DNA of 63,936 nt, the filler included, from Chiloscyllium plagiosum (Eukaryota), in assembly GCF_004010195.1 (NCBI RefSeq). It is 4 parts of one record of this genome, joined end to end, with 100 filler letters (N's around TTAATTAATTAA, not from the genome) between each part and the next. Parts side by side here need not be neighbours in the genome. Positions count along the whole stretch, not along the records: positions 26,241 to 50,482 come from NC_057712.1; positions 50,583 to 60,350 come from NC_057712.1; 2 more parts are not named here. The stretch is one strand, 5' to 3'. The notes below the pieces were generated by a model that was not told the origin of the DNA, did not search any database, and saw only the letters and a program-made list of their open reading frames with translations. Positions 37,831 through 50,962 of the stretch are shown in pieces. Made by a program: the position numbers and the translations under genes. The first letter of the stretch is position 1; every line of letters starts with the position of its first letter.

Positions 37831-39049
37831 CTGCAAAAATGAAGAAACACAAGGCAATTTACTCAAGAATTGAACTGTTCTGTAAAACTTGTCATTTGTA
37901 TATATTGACATGGGCCCTCTTATAAACCAAAGATCTGTTAACAGCTATGGATAAGTCTTTGACCAAATAAAGAACAAAAGGGCTGTTAAAAAATTATTGT
38001 TCTAATCAGTGAATAACACAATTAATTTCTCAGTATCAGCAATAAGGTGGCACAACATACCAGCCTATTTTTGATACTGGCCTCTTCTGTTTTGGTTCTG
38101 ATCTGCATGGTCCTAGCTTGTCTAATTCATATATCTTATTGGTAGCTATTTTAATTAGTACATATTCCTGATGTGGAAGAGACTAGGCTAGGGGACATAG
38201 TTTAAAAATAAAAGGAATTGTCTATTTAAAACAGAGAAGAGGAGAAACATTTTCTCTGAGATCATGTGTACGTGGAATTCTCTGCCCCAGAGAATGGTGA
38301 AAGCAGTGTCATTAATTATTATTTTTAAGTTAGAATTGGATTTTTCACTAACAAAGGAGCCAAGAGCTACATTCACCTGAACAATTATTCCCAACTTGCA
38401 TGGCAGCAGCTTCCGAAACTGGAAGTCAATGCATCAGCATGCATGTGTGGAATCTCAGAACAGTTGTGCATCTGTGCAGCTCAGAAGGAACATTGGTCAA
38501 GAAACAGAAAGAAAGTGGATTGCAGACGTGGTCTGACCAGTATTGAAATTATGAAATGGTAGAGCAGGCTTAAGAGAAAATTGGCTTATTCCTGCTACTA
38601 ATTTGAATTCTTTAGTGTGAACAGCTCAACCTTGATCAGGCAGCATCTGTGGATGGAAACATAGTTAATGTTTCAGGTCAAGGACCTTTCATCAAAACTG
38701 AAAGTAGTTAATGCTTTGGCATGTTTAAAATAAGTAGAAGCAAGGAAAGTGGGTGGAGGTTTAGAGAGTAAAAAGGGAATGTCTGTGAAAGGGTGGTTAG
38801 CAATTAAAGGCTGGAAAATTAAGTAACAAAACTGTGATCATACAGAGCAAAAGGAGATGGTAATGGGAGAAGAAAAACAAAGGATGGATACACATCAGGC
38901 CTAACTATAAATAACAAAATCTCTGGGTGGGATGGATCTGCGTGTAGGGGGTTGGTGCAGAATTGATAGACTGAATGGCCTCTATATCACTGTTTTGAGA
39001 AATACGGTATATTAAAAGTAGGACATGTAGGTTGTTTTCTCATTTTCTT

Positions 39050-40728
39050 CAAGTCAGAGGGGCGGCCACGGGTACCCACATGGGCCCTAGTTATGCCTGT
39101 CTCTTCATGGCGTACATGGAGCATTCTTGGTTCCAATCCTAATCCAGTCCCCACCCACAACTCTTGCTCCGATTTATCGATGATATCATCGGTGCTGCTT
39201 TTCTCCCTCTTCCGGAATTGGAAAGGTTCATTGATTTTGCTTCCAATTTCCACCCTACCCTCACTTTCACCTGATCCATTTCTGACTCCTCCCTTCTCTT
39301 TCTCGGGATAGGCAGTACACTAATTTATAACTATAAACCCAATGAGTCCCACAGCTATCTGGACTATATATCCTCATACCCTGCTTCCTGTAAAGACTCC
39401 ATTCCAATCTCCCAGTTCCTTTGCCTCCATTGCATATGTTTTGATGAGGCCAAATTTGACAAGGAAGTCTCTGAAACTTCCACCTTCTTCAACCGAGGGT
39501 TCCACAGCACCGTTGTTGATAGGGCCCTCAAATGGATCTGAACCCCTCTTCCCTCCTGCTACAGCCACAGAGTTCTCCTTGCCCTTACTTATGATCACAC
39601 CAGCATCCACATCCATAAGATCATCAGCCACCATTTCACCTCCCTCCCAGTGAGATGTCACCATTAGACACAATCCCCTCCCTATCCACCTTCCACAGGG
39701 ACCTTTCCCGCCGGGACACCCTGGTCTACACTTCCTTTGCTCCCAACAAAGCCCACAGCCCCACTGCACCCACCGCTGAAGGTTTAGATTTAGATTTAGA
39801 TTACTTACAGTGTGGAAACAGGCCCTTCAGCCCAACAAGTCCATACCGCCCCGCCGAAGCGCAACCCATCCATACCCCTTACCTAACATTACGGGCAATT
39901 TAGCATGGCCAATTCACCTGACCTGCACATCTTTGGACTGTGGGAGGAAACCGGAGCACCCGGAGCAAACCCACGCAGACACGGGGAGAATGTGCAAACT
40001 CCACACAGTCAGTCGCCTGAGGCGGGAATTGAACACGGGTCTCTGGTGCTGTGAGGCAGCAGTGCTAACCACTGTGCTACCGTGCCGCCCACAAAGGTGT
40101 AACACCTGTCCATTTACCTCCCCCATCCTCAGCATCCCAAGGGCCTAAACATACCTTCCAGGTGAAGCAGGGTGACCGCTTCATGGAACGTCTATGTTCT
40201 GCTCGCAAAAGACCCCGAGCTTCCAGTTGCCTGCCACTTTAACACACCGCCCTATTCCCTAGCCAACATCTCTAGCTCAGCGCAAGCTGGAAAAACACTT
40301 TATTTTGCACTTTGGGACCCTGCAGCCCTCCAGATTCAATATCAAGTTCAATAATTTTAGGGCCTGAACTCTCCTATGCCCTAGCCCCCAACCAAGGCTT
40401 GTTATCACATAGCCTGCTATTACATACTGTTAGCCACTAACAGTCCTCATTCACCCTCCCAGCCAGATCATTATCCATTTCTTCGTTTTTCCAACTATCT
40501 TCTCTCTCTTTTGGGTCTATCCACACCTGTCATTTACTCCTTACCCCCTCCCCCATCTTCTGCACACAAACCAACATTTTCTGAGCTACCATCAGTTCTG
40601 AGGAAAAGTCATCAGACCCGAAACGTTAACTTTGATTTCTCTGCAGATGCTACCAGACCTGCTGAGCTTTTCTAGCAACTTCTGTTTTTGTTTCTGATTT
40701 ACAGCATTTGCAGTTCTTTCGGTTTTAC
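39050..40728 (+). mobile_element. Degenerate Penelope-like element (RT to pLTR) interrupted by a SINE
   Basis: GTHMGPSYACLFMAYME and LRFIDDII RT motifs, then YKP and SIPISQF thumb motifs. Hammerhead-like aguuCUGAGGA...GACCC-GAAACGUU|aacu at 40594-40631. Confidence 0.85.
39785..40092 (-). mobile_element. HE1-like tRNA-derived V-SINE
   Basis: Reverse strand GGCGGCACGGTAGCACAGTGGTTAGCACTGCTGCCTCACAGC...; tail (ATCTAA)n. Confidence 0.9.
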
Positions 40729-42412
40729 ATGCAAGCTGTTGTCTTACATAGGAGGAGTGCTTGGGATCTTGGATATTCAAGAGAGAAAAGGTAAAAGTGA
40801 ATGTTAGTTTTTTTGCATTTGGATGGGAAAGCGCAATGAGGAAGTGACAAGACGTTGCAGTTGATGGAAGTGCAAATTTTAAAGTAGGCAACTGGAAGCT
40901 CAGGTCACACTTGTTGATTGAATGGAGGTGTTGCAAAGTACTCATCCAATCTGTGTTTGTTCTCCCCAGTATAGAGGGGACTGTGTTGTGAGCACTGAAT
41001 ACAGTAAACTAAACTAAGTATTATAAATAAACCACTGCTTCAGGTTGAGGAACAATAAGGAGGGTAGGGGATAAAAGGCCACATGTGGCATCCTCTGCAT
41101 TTGCAAAAATAGCTGCCATGGGATGGACTGAGGAGTGGAGTAGGATGTTATAGAGCCACGACACATATGGCAGTAATGGTATAACTTTACATATCTAGGG
41201 ATTCAAGCTACAATGAAGATTGCCATCTTCTACAAAAAAATCCCTTCTCACTAAGATATATGGTGATCTAATTAGAAGAAACAAACTGTTCATCTTACTT
41301 CTGTTTGGATGAGCTGGAAGATATTGATCCTTCCTTGCCTTCAGTATTTACTCCTATCAGTTCTGGATGAAGTAATTCCAATATCTTGGAATTCATACAT
41401 TCGTCTGGGTGGACGAAAGGCAGGTAAATGCACGTTAGCATTATTAACTTCCCAAAATAAAAAGGGAGTTATATCCTTCCAATTATCAATCACAGTTGCT
41501 TATGGATATTCCTCACAGCCTTCCAAAAGGAAAACAAGGTGCAAATGCCTCTTTCTTGCCTTAGCATTCTCAATTTGGAAAAAAAATGTACAATTCATGA
41601 AGATCTCTTCTTATTAGGGTGACAGCTGACCAATATGGTGCAACTGAGAGAATTCAGGAGTACTTCAGAGTCTGACCACAGTAAAGACTACACTGAATGT
41701 ACAGCACCAAATCAGGCCAGACAAACTAGTCTCTGCCTCAACACAAGTATCCTATAATTCTAAACTCACCATTGGCAAAATTACCCTATGTAGAAACAGT
41801 CTATGTTCCCTAGATTTAAGAAGAATGAGAGGTGATCTCATTGAACCATATAATTCTTTTTAAATCAAGGCCTAACAGGACTGAAGCAAGAAGGATATTT
41901 CCCCTGGCTGGGGGTGTCTAGAACCAGGAGATAGACTCTCAGGATGACAAGTGGTCAATTTAGGACTGTGATGAAGAGAAATTCCTTAATTCACTCAGAG
42001 GGTGGCAAACTTTGGAATTCCCTACCTATCTAGAGGTAGAGTCATTAAATTTACTCAAAACTAAGATTGCCAGTTTCTTGATTAGTAAGGGAATCAACAG
42101 TTATGTGAAGAAGGTAGGAGAAAGAGATCAGCAATGATTGAATGGTGAAGTAGACTTGATGGGCTGAATGGCTTAATTCTGCTCCTCTATCTTATGGTCT
42201 TATGATAGACTTCCAGATATTTGATATCAAATGATTTGTGATACTGCGGGAATATAGAACTAATTGAAAAGATCAGCATTGATTTAGTTGAATGACAGAG
42301 CACGCTTCTTGGGCCAAATGGACTATTTCTATGTTCTTAAATATCTTAAACAAAAATAGAAATTGCTGGAAAAGATCAGCAGCTCTGGCAGCACCCATGG
42401 AGAAAAATCAAG

Positions 42413-42715
42413 TCATAGAGATGCACAGCATGGAAACAGATCCTGTGAAAAGATTGCCCCTTAGGTTTGTTTTATAACTTTCCCCACTCACCTTAAACCT
42501 ATCCCCTCTAGTTCTGTCTCCCCACCTCTGGGAAAAGACTTTGTGTATTTACCCTATCCATGCCCCTCACGATTTTATAAACCTCTATAAGGTCACCTCT
42601 CAGCCTCCGACGCTCCAGGGAAAAGAGCCCTACCCTCTTCAACCTCTCCCTATAGCTCAAATCCTCCAAACCTGGCAACATCTGAGCCCTTTCACGTTTC
42701 ACAACATCCTTCCGA
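42413..42715 (-). mobile_element. CR1 3' fragment nested in a Penelope-type fold-back
   Basis: MLPGLEDLSYRERLKRVGLFSLERRRLRGDLIEVYKIVRGMD. Confidence 0.85.
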
Positions 42716-42719
42716 GAGG

Positions 42720-42757
42720 AGTTAACGTTTCGGGTCAAATGACCCTTCCTCAGAACT
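42720..42757 (-). ncRNA. Minimal hammerhead ribozyme motif in LYST sense orientation
   Basis: aguuCUGAGGA-A-GGGUC-AUUU-GACCC-GAAACGUU|aacu: 4-bp stem I, 5-bp stem II, palindromic ACGU. Confidence 0.75.
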
Positions 42758-43687
42758 GCTGCCAGACTTTGAGCTTTTCCAGCAATTTCTATTTTTGTTT
42801 CTGATTTACAACATCTGCAGCCCTTTGTTTTTTACCTTAAATACTTTTTTCTGTTTGGCAACTCTCCTACAGCACACTGTAATGTTCCAATAATTAGCTG
42901 GGAAATATAATCTTACAATAAAAATTGATGGTTCAGATTAGATACAAGAATATGTAATGGTGGATCAAATCACATTTGATGAACTCAAATTTATCATAAC
43001 AAATACTGCTTCAACTAAATACTCCAACATTTAAGGAGAATTATCATTTTAGATTTAATTCTTCGAGTGAGTTAGCTACCACCTTACTGATTTTCCTGCA
43101 GTTTAATCCTTATAATATGATTACATTTAAAACAGTACTATAGAAGTTTTAAAAACTGGAACCAATTTAGACATGTCTGGCTTTTAACCATCATCTTGAA
43201 AGTTAATAACATCACAAAATAATAAATGAGTTTATTCAGACTGGCAGGATGAACTAAATTAGCAAATATTTGTCTTAACTATTAATTGCTGTTAAATTTC
43301 TGTTATTGGCCTTCAGCAAACAATTCAACTTAGTGCCTATATTCATTTTTATTAGGCTGCACTTTGTAAACAATCAGCAGAACAGAAAACCAATGGGTGA
43401 TGCATTTAACAGTAATTCTTAATGGCAAATCAATTTTTAAAAGCATACCTTAGTCTACAGTTAGTCAAACAAACACCTCACCCTTTGAAAAAATAGGACT
43501 GCCTATCCATGTGCACTTTCATCTCAACACAAACTGATGAATACTGGTTGTGTTAGTGGTGGAATATAAACCTCCAAGTCTGAATAGTGATGATTAAAGG
43601 GGCTGACAAATTGATTTTCATTTTAGGGATGCTGATCTTGATTCATGGAAATAGACAAAAAAGAATTAATTAACAAAGCAAACATAC

Positions 43688-43857
43688 TCTTCATCCAGAC
43701 TAACTGCCCGGCCGAGCAACATTTCAAGGAAGCACTCCAGCAGACCATGAGATCCTTGGTGGAGATATAGCTGGTTGGCCAACAAAGAAAATCCATGGTT
43801 TTTCAAGAACTTTTCCTTTTGTTCCTTTGAGGCTCGTGTAAAATATGCATCCAGCAA
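43688..43857 (-). CDS. LYST: LYST internal coding exon 1 of 6 in window (170 bp, phase 0 to 2)
   Basis: Translates [56 protein letters not shown], matching vertebrate LYST as I recall it ([33 protein letters not shown]). Acceptor tgtttgttgacag|TTG, donor GA|gtatgt. Confidence 0.96.
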
Positions 43858-45017
43858 CTGTCAACAAACAAATTAAATTCAGTTAGGGAAATGAGAATGT
43901 ATGAATTTAGAAGGAAAGATCTTCCAATAGTTAATCTGAATCCAGAAGTAACTTGCATTTATATAGCAACTTTAGCATGGTGAAACATTCCAAGAACAAC
44001 ATGAAGGAAGAGTTTTGGTACTAAGCCAAAGGAGGAAATAATCAGGATCAAGATCATCTTAAAAGGTGGTATAACCGTCATTACTGTGAATTACATTAAG
44101 GGTTAAAACGCAGAGTTTTGGTTTCAGTTTAAGATAAATTAAAGGCTATTCACTTTCAGTCAGTTTTATTTAGTTAGTTATTTTTAGTTGTGCACTTATA
44201 AACAAAGCTTGAATTTTTGGTCCAGCTGAAGCAGCTTTTGGCAGCAAGCCAGCTGTGATGTTACTATGGAGATAACTGCTGAGGGCAAGTATGTTGCTCC
44301 GAGCAAAAACTGGTTGCAGTTTTAAAAACCATAATGAAGTGAGACAGAGGTTGACCTGGAGGTTGCAAACATCCAGTCTTATGTACTTACTTCTGTAAGT
44401 TTAGAGAGTGGAAAGAGTGTATTCTAAAGAAATTGGTAGGGCTAAGTAGCTCTGTAAAGAAACAGGATGTTCATCCGCAAAGTTTTCACCAAGGGAATGC
44501 CTATGTATATCTGGTGGGTCATGGCCTATGGTTGTCAGCAATATCTTATTAGACCAGGAGGTCACTGATTAATTGTTATGCATCAGTTGATTTGTAATGT
44601 TCATCCTTGATTGGAGTTTGGTCCTCAGTAATGGGTAGTACAATCCCACCAGCAACCAGCAGTCCAAACAACATCACAAAAGCATGGAGAGATGTTGTGA
44701 CTACATTCAGGGTTCTGAATGTCAAGCTGTAACATTCAGCTCCAGATACTTCTCCCACAACTTTATGATCTCTCAACTTAACAGGGGAAAAGACCAACTG
44801 GACCAGGAGGTTAAATTGGTAAAAATATATAATTAGTAAAAATCAAAATCATGTAAGCCTGATGTATGACCTGCACAGAAGAATCAGAACAAAATGAAAT
44901 TGCCTTCTAGAGTAGAAGTATGTTTAAAAACCTACCAGAATATAAGTCAAAATATAAATAATTTAAAATTACAGTATAATAAAATAAAATGCCAGTTCTG
45001 AAGAAGGGTCACTAGAA

Positions 45018-46200
45018 GAGGGGTAAGGACAAGTCAGGGAACAATAGACCAGTGACCCTGATGTCGGTGGTGGGCAAGTTGTTAGAGGGAATCCTGAGGG
45101 ACAGGATGTACATGTTTTTGGAAAGGCAGGGACTGATTAGGGATAGTCAACATGGCTTCGTGCAATGGGAAATCATGTCTCACAAACTTCACTGAGTTTT
45201 TTGAAGAAGTAACAAAGAGGATTGATGAGGGCAGAGCGGTGGACGTGATCTATATGGACTTCAGTAAAGCGTTCGACAAGATTCCCCATGGGAGACTGGT
45301 TAGTAAGGTTTGATCACATGGAATACAAGGAGAACTAGCCATTTGGATACAGAACTAGCTCAAAATGTAGAAGACAGAGGATGGTAGTGGAGGATTGGTT
45401 TCCAGACTGCAGGCCTGTGACCAGTGGAGTGCCACAAGGATCGGTGCTGGGTCCACTGCTTTTCGTCTTTAATATAAATGATTTGGATGTGAGCATAAGA
45501 GGTATAGTTAGTAAGTTTGCAGATGACACCAAAATTGGGGGTGTAGTGGACAGCGAAGAAGGTTACCTCAGATTACAAAAGGATCTTGATCAGATGGGCC
45601 AATGGGCTGAGAAGTGGCAGATGGAGTTTGATTTAGATAAATGTGAGGTGCTGCATTTTGTGAAAGCAAATCATAGCAGGACTTATACATTTAATGGTAA
45701 GGTCCTAGGGAGTGTTGCTGAACAAAGAGACCTTGGAGTGCAGGTTCGTAACTCCTTCAAAGTGGAGTCACAGGTAGATAGGATAGTGAAGAAGGCATTT
45801 CATATGCTTTCCTTTATTGGTCAGAGTATTGAGTACAGGAGTTCGGAGGTCATGTTGCGACTGTACAGGACATCGGTTAGGCCACTTTTGGAATATTGCG
45901 TGCAATTCTGATCTCTTTCCTATCGGAAGGGTTCAGAAGAGATTTACAAGGATGTTGCCAGGATTGAGGATTTGAGCCATAGAGAGAGGTTGAATAGGCT
46001 AGGGCTGTTTTCCCTGGACTGTTGGAGGCTGAGGTGTGACATTACAGAGGTTTATAAAATCATGAGGGGCATGGATAGGATGAATAGACAGTCTTTTCCC
46101 TGGGGTGGGGGAGTCCAGAACTAGAGGGTATAGGTTTAGCATGAGAGGGGAAAGATATAAAAGGGACCTAAGAGGCAATGTTTTCACGCAGAGGGTGGTG
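45018..46200 (+). mobile_element. CR1/HER1 LINE ORF2 reverse transcriptase fragment
   Basis: DFSKAFDKIPH, VTSGVPQGSVLGPLLF, SKFADDTKIGG, RPLLEYCVQF; stops and frameshifts present. Confidence 0.95.
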
Positions 46201-47252
46201 AGATTTGGTGAGTTTCTCCATTAATTTCTGGCTTGGTAAAAAAAAAAATCAGAGTTAAATCTGTTGAATTCACTGTAAAATAGAAGTTTATATTGCTTAG
46301 AGTCATTATCTTGCGTTTTGGTGCTACTAGTCATTACTGCTTCTGTTTGTTTTGTTCAAATTTGTATAGTTGGATTTTCTTTTCATCCTCCAATCTAACC
46401 CTGGAGTCTTCTGGTTACTTTTCTTACACTCGACTCTTCTACTCACATTATTAAAATTAAAAGTATTAGTCTATCAAGGCAGGCCTTAACTAGTATCAAG
46501 CTTGCCTAATTTTCTCATTACTATAAGAAGAAACAGCAAGAGTGATGAAGAGGCTTAGGGAAGAATTTCTGGAATTCAGAACCAAAGCAACAGTAACAGG
46601 AAACAGAAAGCAATTTAAAATCAGGGCTGCACAAAATGCCAGAGGACGTGGTGGAGGCTAGTACAATTGCAACATTTAAGAGGCATTCGGATGGGTATAT
46701 GAATAGGAAGGGTTTGGAAGGATATGGACCGGGTACTGGCAGGTGGGACTAGNNNNNNNNNNNNNNNNNNNNNNNNNNNNNNNNNNNNNNNNNNNNNNNN
46801 NNNNNNNNNNNNNNNNNNNNNNNNNNNNNNNNNNNNNNNNNNNNNNNNNNNNNNNNNNNNNNNNNNNNNNNNNNNNNNNNNNNNNNNNNNNNNNNNNNNN
46901 NNNNNNNNNNNNNNNNNNNNNNNNNNNNNNNNNNNNNNNNNNNNNNNNNNNNNNNNNNNNNNNNNNNNNNNNNNNNNNNNNNNNNNNNNNNNNNNNNNNN
47001 NNNNNNNNNNNNNNNNNNNNNNNNNNNNNNNNNNNNNNNNNNNNNNNNNNNNNNNNNNNNNNNNNNNNNNNNNNNNNNNNNNNNNNNNNNNNNNNNNNNN
47101 NNNNNNNNNNNNNNNNNNNNNNNNNNNNNNNNNNNNNNNNNNNNNNNNNNNNNNNNNNNNNNNNNNNNNNNNNNNNNNNNNNNNNNNNNNNNNNNNNNNN
47201 NNNNNNNNNNNNNNNNNNNNNNNNNNNNNNNNNNNNNNNNNNNNNNNNNNNN

Positions 47253-48048
47253 TAAGTGATGTTAAATAAGCAACATGCAACACGCAAGTGGGCGAGTCAA
47301 GAGAGCTGTGTGACAATGTAAACTTTACAGCTTTAACTACTTCATGGATTGAAGGAATCAGCAATAACGCTTTCTGGAATTAACTACTTCTTGAGGTGAA
47401 AGGGACAAGGAGAAGCTGCTGTAAAGGAATGAAAAGCAACATGCGAATTAACTAACTTGAAAAGAAACATAAACAAGCTGTTTTCTGGGAGAGGAGATAA
47501 CAATTGTTTGATAATCTGCTGCCTCATGACGAACGGGCAATGAAGTCTGCCTGCAGAAGAAATATTCCAAAGTAAAATAGTTAATTGAAGGAAAAGTTGT
47601 GTTTTAAACAGACAGCTAACTTCGAATGTAACAAGAAACAGGGGAGTTACTTCAGATAAGAAGGCAAGCTACAGATTTGAGGTCTCCAAAAGTTGTAATG
47701 AAAGATGAAAGAATCTAATGGATATCAATAATGTCACACTACAAACTTGAAGCAAAGAAAATTGTATAAGAATCCAATAGAAGAACAATTCAATAGCAGA
47801 ACTTCAAACAACAACAACGCACAAGAATTGAACCCAGGACATTTCCAGAGATAGAGACAGTGGGTGGGATTGTGGCCAAGTTCCATTATTAATCGGGTTG
47901 AGTTGTGAGGCTTAACTAGCTTACTTGATCGGTCTTGTTAGTTGCTACGTGCAATAAAATTTAAATCATTGTTTCAGTACTTGATTGTCTATGAGATTTT
48001 TTAATAAGTAGCTGAATTAAATGTTAGTGGTGGTGATTTACCCACAAC
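47253..48048 (+). mobile_element. Probable LTR fragment
   Basis: AATAAA at about 47953. Ends ...TTTACCCACAACA against an L2-like RT remnant (FHLNADDSQ on minus). Left end lost in the gap. Confidence 0.45.
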
Positions 48049-48299
48049 AAATGATAACTAGACAGAACTGACTATCATCAGCATTCAGATGGAACCTAAT
48101 ATTTTTCTGTTTAATGTCAGGCTAACCTGACACGGTTAGGGGAAGAAAGGGGAAGCTATAATGGGGAACAAAGAGATGGAAGACTCATTAATTGTGTATT
48201 TTGGCTTAGTCTTCACAAAGGATGACACAAAGAATGTCCAAAATACGATGAAGTACAGAGGGTCTAGTGAGAGGGAGGGAAAAGTAGAGCCTTGGGTAG

Positions 48300-49970
48300 T
48301 GTTACAGAGTCAAAGATTTGTACTGCAAGGAAACAGAACCTTTGGTCCAACTCATCCATATCGATCAGATATCTTAAATTAATCCAGTCCCATTTGCCAG
48401 CATTTGCCCGCATCCTCTGAATCCTTTGGATTCATATACCTATGCACATGCCTTTTAAATGCTGTAATTCTACCAACCTCCACTACTTCCTCTGGCAGTT
48501 AATCCCATATAGGTGTGAAATCATTGTGCCTTAGGGCCCTTTTAAATTTTACCCCTCTCATCTTAAAACTATGCCTTCTAGTTTTGGACTCCGCCATCCT
48601 GGAGAAAAGACCTTGGCCATTCACCCTATCCATGCCCCTCATAATCTTATAAACCTCTATAAGATCACTCCTCAGCTTCCAACCCCCAGGGAAAATAGCC
48701 CCAGTCTATTCGGCCTCTCCCTTTAGTTCAAGCACTCCAATCCTGGTAACATTGTTGTAAATCTTTTCTGAACCCTCAAAAGTTTCACAATACCTTTCTT
48801 ATAGCAGGAAGACCAGAATTCCAAAAGTGTCCTAACTAATGTGTGGCACAGTGGTTAGCACTGCTGCCTCACAGCGCCAGAGACTCGGGTTCAATTCCCG
48901 CCTGCGATGACTCTCTGTGTGGAGTTTGCACATTCTCCCAGAGTCTGCATGGGTTTCCTCCGGGTGCTCCGGTTTCCTCCCATAGTCCAAAGATGTGCAG
49001 GTTAGGTGAATTGGCTATGCTAAATTGCCCGTAGTGTTAGGTGAGGGGGTAGGTGTAGGGGTATGGGTCTGGGTGGTATACGCTTCGGCGGGTCGGTGTG
49101 GACTTGTTGGGCCGAAATGCTTGTTTCCACACTAAGTAATCTGTAATGTCCTATACAGCTGCAACATGACAGGAGAACAGAGATCGAGGGGTTCAGGCAC
49201 ATCATTCTTTGATGCTTACATCATATATAGACAGGGTGGTTAAGAAGGCACTTAGCACATTTGCTTTCTTTGCTCAGACTTGAGCATAGGAATTAGGATA
49301 TCACGTTGAGGTTGTACAGGACCTCGCTGGAGTACTGTGCCTGGTTCTGGTCACCCTGTTGCAGGAAGGATATTATTAAGCTGGAGGGAGTTCAGTAAAG
49401 GTTAGCCTGGATGTTGCCAGGAATCAAGGGTTTGAGTTATAAGGAGAGCCTGTATAGGCTGGGACTCTTTTTTTTTTAAACTGGAATGTAGGAGGATGGC
49501 TTTATAAAATCATGAGGGGTATAGATAAGGTGAATGGCAGGTGTGTTTTCCCTGGGTTGGGGGATTTCAAGACTAGGTGGCTTATTTTTAAATTGACAGG
49601 AGCATAGAACATTACAATGCAGTACAGGCTTTTCACCCTTGATGTTGTGTTGACTTGTGAAACCAATCTGAAGCCCATCTAACCTATTCATCCATATGAA
49701 AGGAGAGAGATTTAAAAAAAACCATGAGGGGCAATATTTTCTTTCAATAGAGAGCAGTTCGTGTGTCAAATGAACTTCAAGTGGAAGTAGTGGATGTGCT
49801 TATATTTACAAAGTTTAAAAGACATTTAGATAAATACATGAATAAGAAATGTTTGGGAGGATATGTGCCAAGCGCAGACAAGTGGGACTAGTTTAGTTTG
49901 GGATTATGGTTGGCATGGATTGACTTGAACTGAAGGATATGTTTCTATGCTGTATGACTATCACTCTATA
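48300..49970. mobile_element. Cluster of CR1 3' fragments in both orientations
   Basis: Minus-strand tail at about 48305-48840 and plus-strand tail at about 49185-49965. Confidence 0.75.
48843..49142 (+). mobile_element. HE1-like V-SINE
   Basis: GTGGCACAGTGGTTAGCACTGCTGCCTCACAGCGCC...GGTTCAATTCC plus central domain. Confidence 0.88.
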
Positions 49971-50194
49971 ATTGAAGGACATCAGCATTAGCAAGGAAAT
50001 GGTATGAGGGAAATAGATGGGATTAAAGGCTGATAATTCCCAGGGCTTGATAACCTATATTCCAAAGTACTTAAAGCTGGCCCGAGATTGGATTTTGGTC
50101 AGATGGGCTAGTGGGCTGAGGAGTGGCAGATGTGAGGTGCTGTATTTTGGAAAAGCAAATCTTAGCAGGACTTATACAGTTAATGATAAGGTAC

Positions 50195-50482
50195 CACACC
50201 AGATCCCAGCTCCTAGCCCTGCCGAATTTTCACCATCCCTCCACACTTCCCCCTCACTGTGGACGAACGATCAGTCCCCAGCAAAGGACTCACCTTCATC
50301 CCCCTCCATTCACGCATCAATGAATTGAATACACGCCATGACGCCGAACACTTCTTCCGCCGCCTCCGCCTCAGAGCTTACTTTCACAATCAGGACTCCC
50401 GCCCACCTTCCGAGGACCCCTTCGCCCACCTCCAACACACTGCATCCACCTGGACACCCCACGCTGGCCTATTACCTGCCCT
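50195..50482 (+). mobile_element. Penelope-like ORF N-terminal fragment
   Basis: ERSVPSKGLTFIP...DAEHFFRRLRLRAYF, resembling the L.KGL.F.P N-terminal motif. Confidence 0.75.
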
Positions 50483-50582
50483 NNNNNNNNNNNNNNNNNN
50501 NNNNNNNNNNNNNNNNNNNNNNNNNNTTAATTAATTAANNNNNNNNNNNNNNNNNNNNNNNNNNNNNNNNNNNNNNNNNNNN
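50483..50582. other. Artificial 100-bp contig linker
   Basis: 44 N + TTAATTAATTAA (50527-50538) + 44 N. Confidence 0.95.
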
Positions 50583-50962
50583 CCCTCTAGTTCTGGATTC
50601 CCCCACCCCAGGGAAAAGACTGTCTACTTATCCTATCCATGCCCCTCATAATTTTGTAAACCTCTATAAGGTCACCTCTCAACCTCCTACTCTCCAGGGA
50701 AAACAGTCCCAGCCTGTTCAGCCTCTCCCCATAGCTCAAATCCTCCAACCCTGGCAATATCCTTGTAAATCTTTTCTGAACCCTTTCAAGTTTCACATCT
50801 TTCCGATAGGAAGGAGACCAGAATTGCACGCAATATTCCAAAAGTGGCCCAACCAATGTCCTGTACAGCTGCAACATGACGTCCCAACTCCTCTACTCAA
50901 TACTCTGACCAATAAAATAAAGCATACCAAACGCTTTCTTCACTATCCTATCTACCTGCAAC
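50583..50962 (-). mobile_element. CR1 ORF2 C-terminal fragment
   Basis: MLQLYRTLVGPLLEYCVQFWSPSYRKDVKLERVQKRFTRILPGLEDLSY. Confidence 0.9.

Noticed and set aside
41200..41690. Coding-like intronic stretch (EETNCSSYFCLDELEDIDPSLPS...)
   Set aside because: Stops interrupt the frames I translated, there are no clear splice sites, and I recognise no homolog.
44067..46528. Possible old LTR split by Penelope and CR1 inserts
   Set aside because: Termini and TSD are too decayed to define.
48038..48095. Minus-strand CLVIICCG resembling the upstream LYST motif CLVPICCG
   Set aside because: A stop follows immediately. It is an L2-like RT remnant (FHLNADDSQ) abutting an LTR-like end TGTTGTGG.
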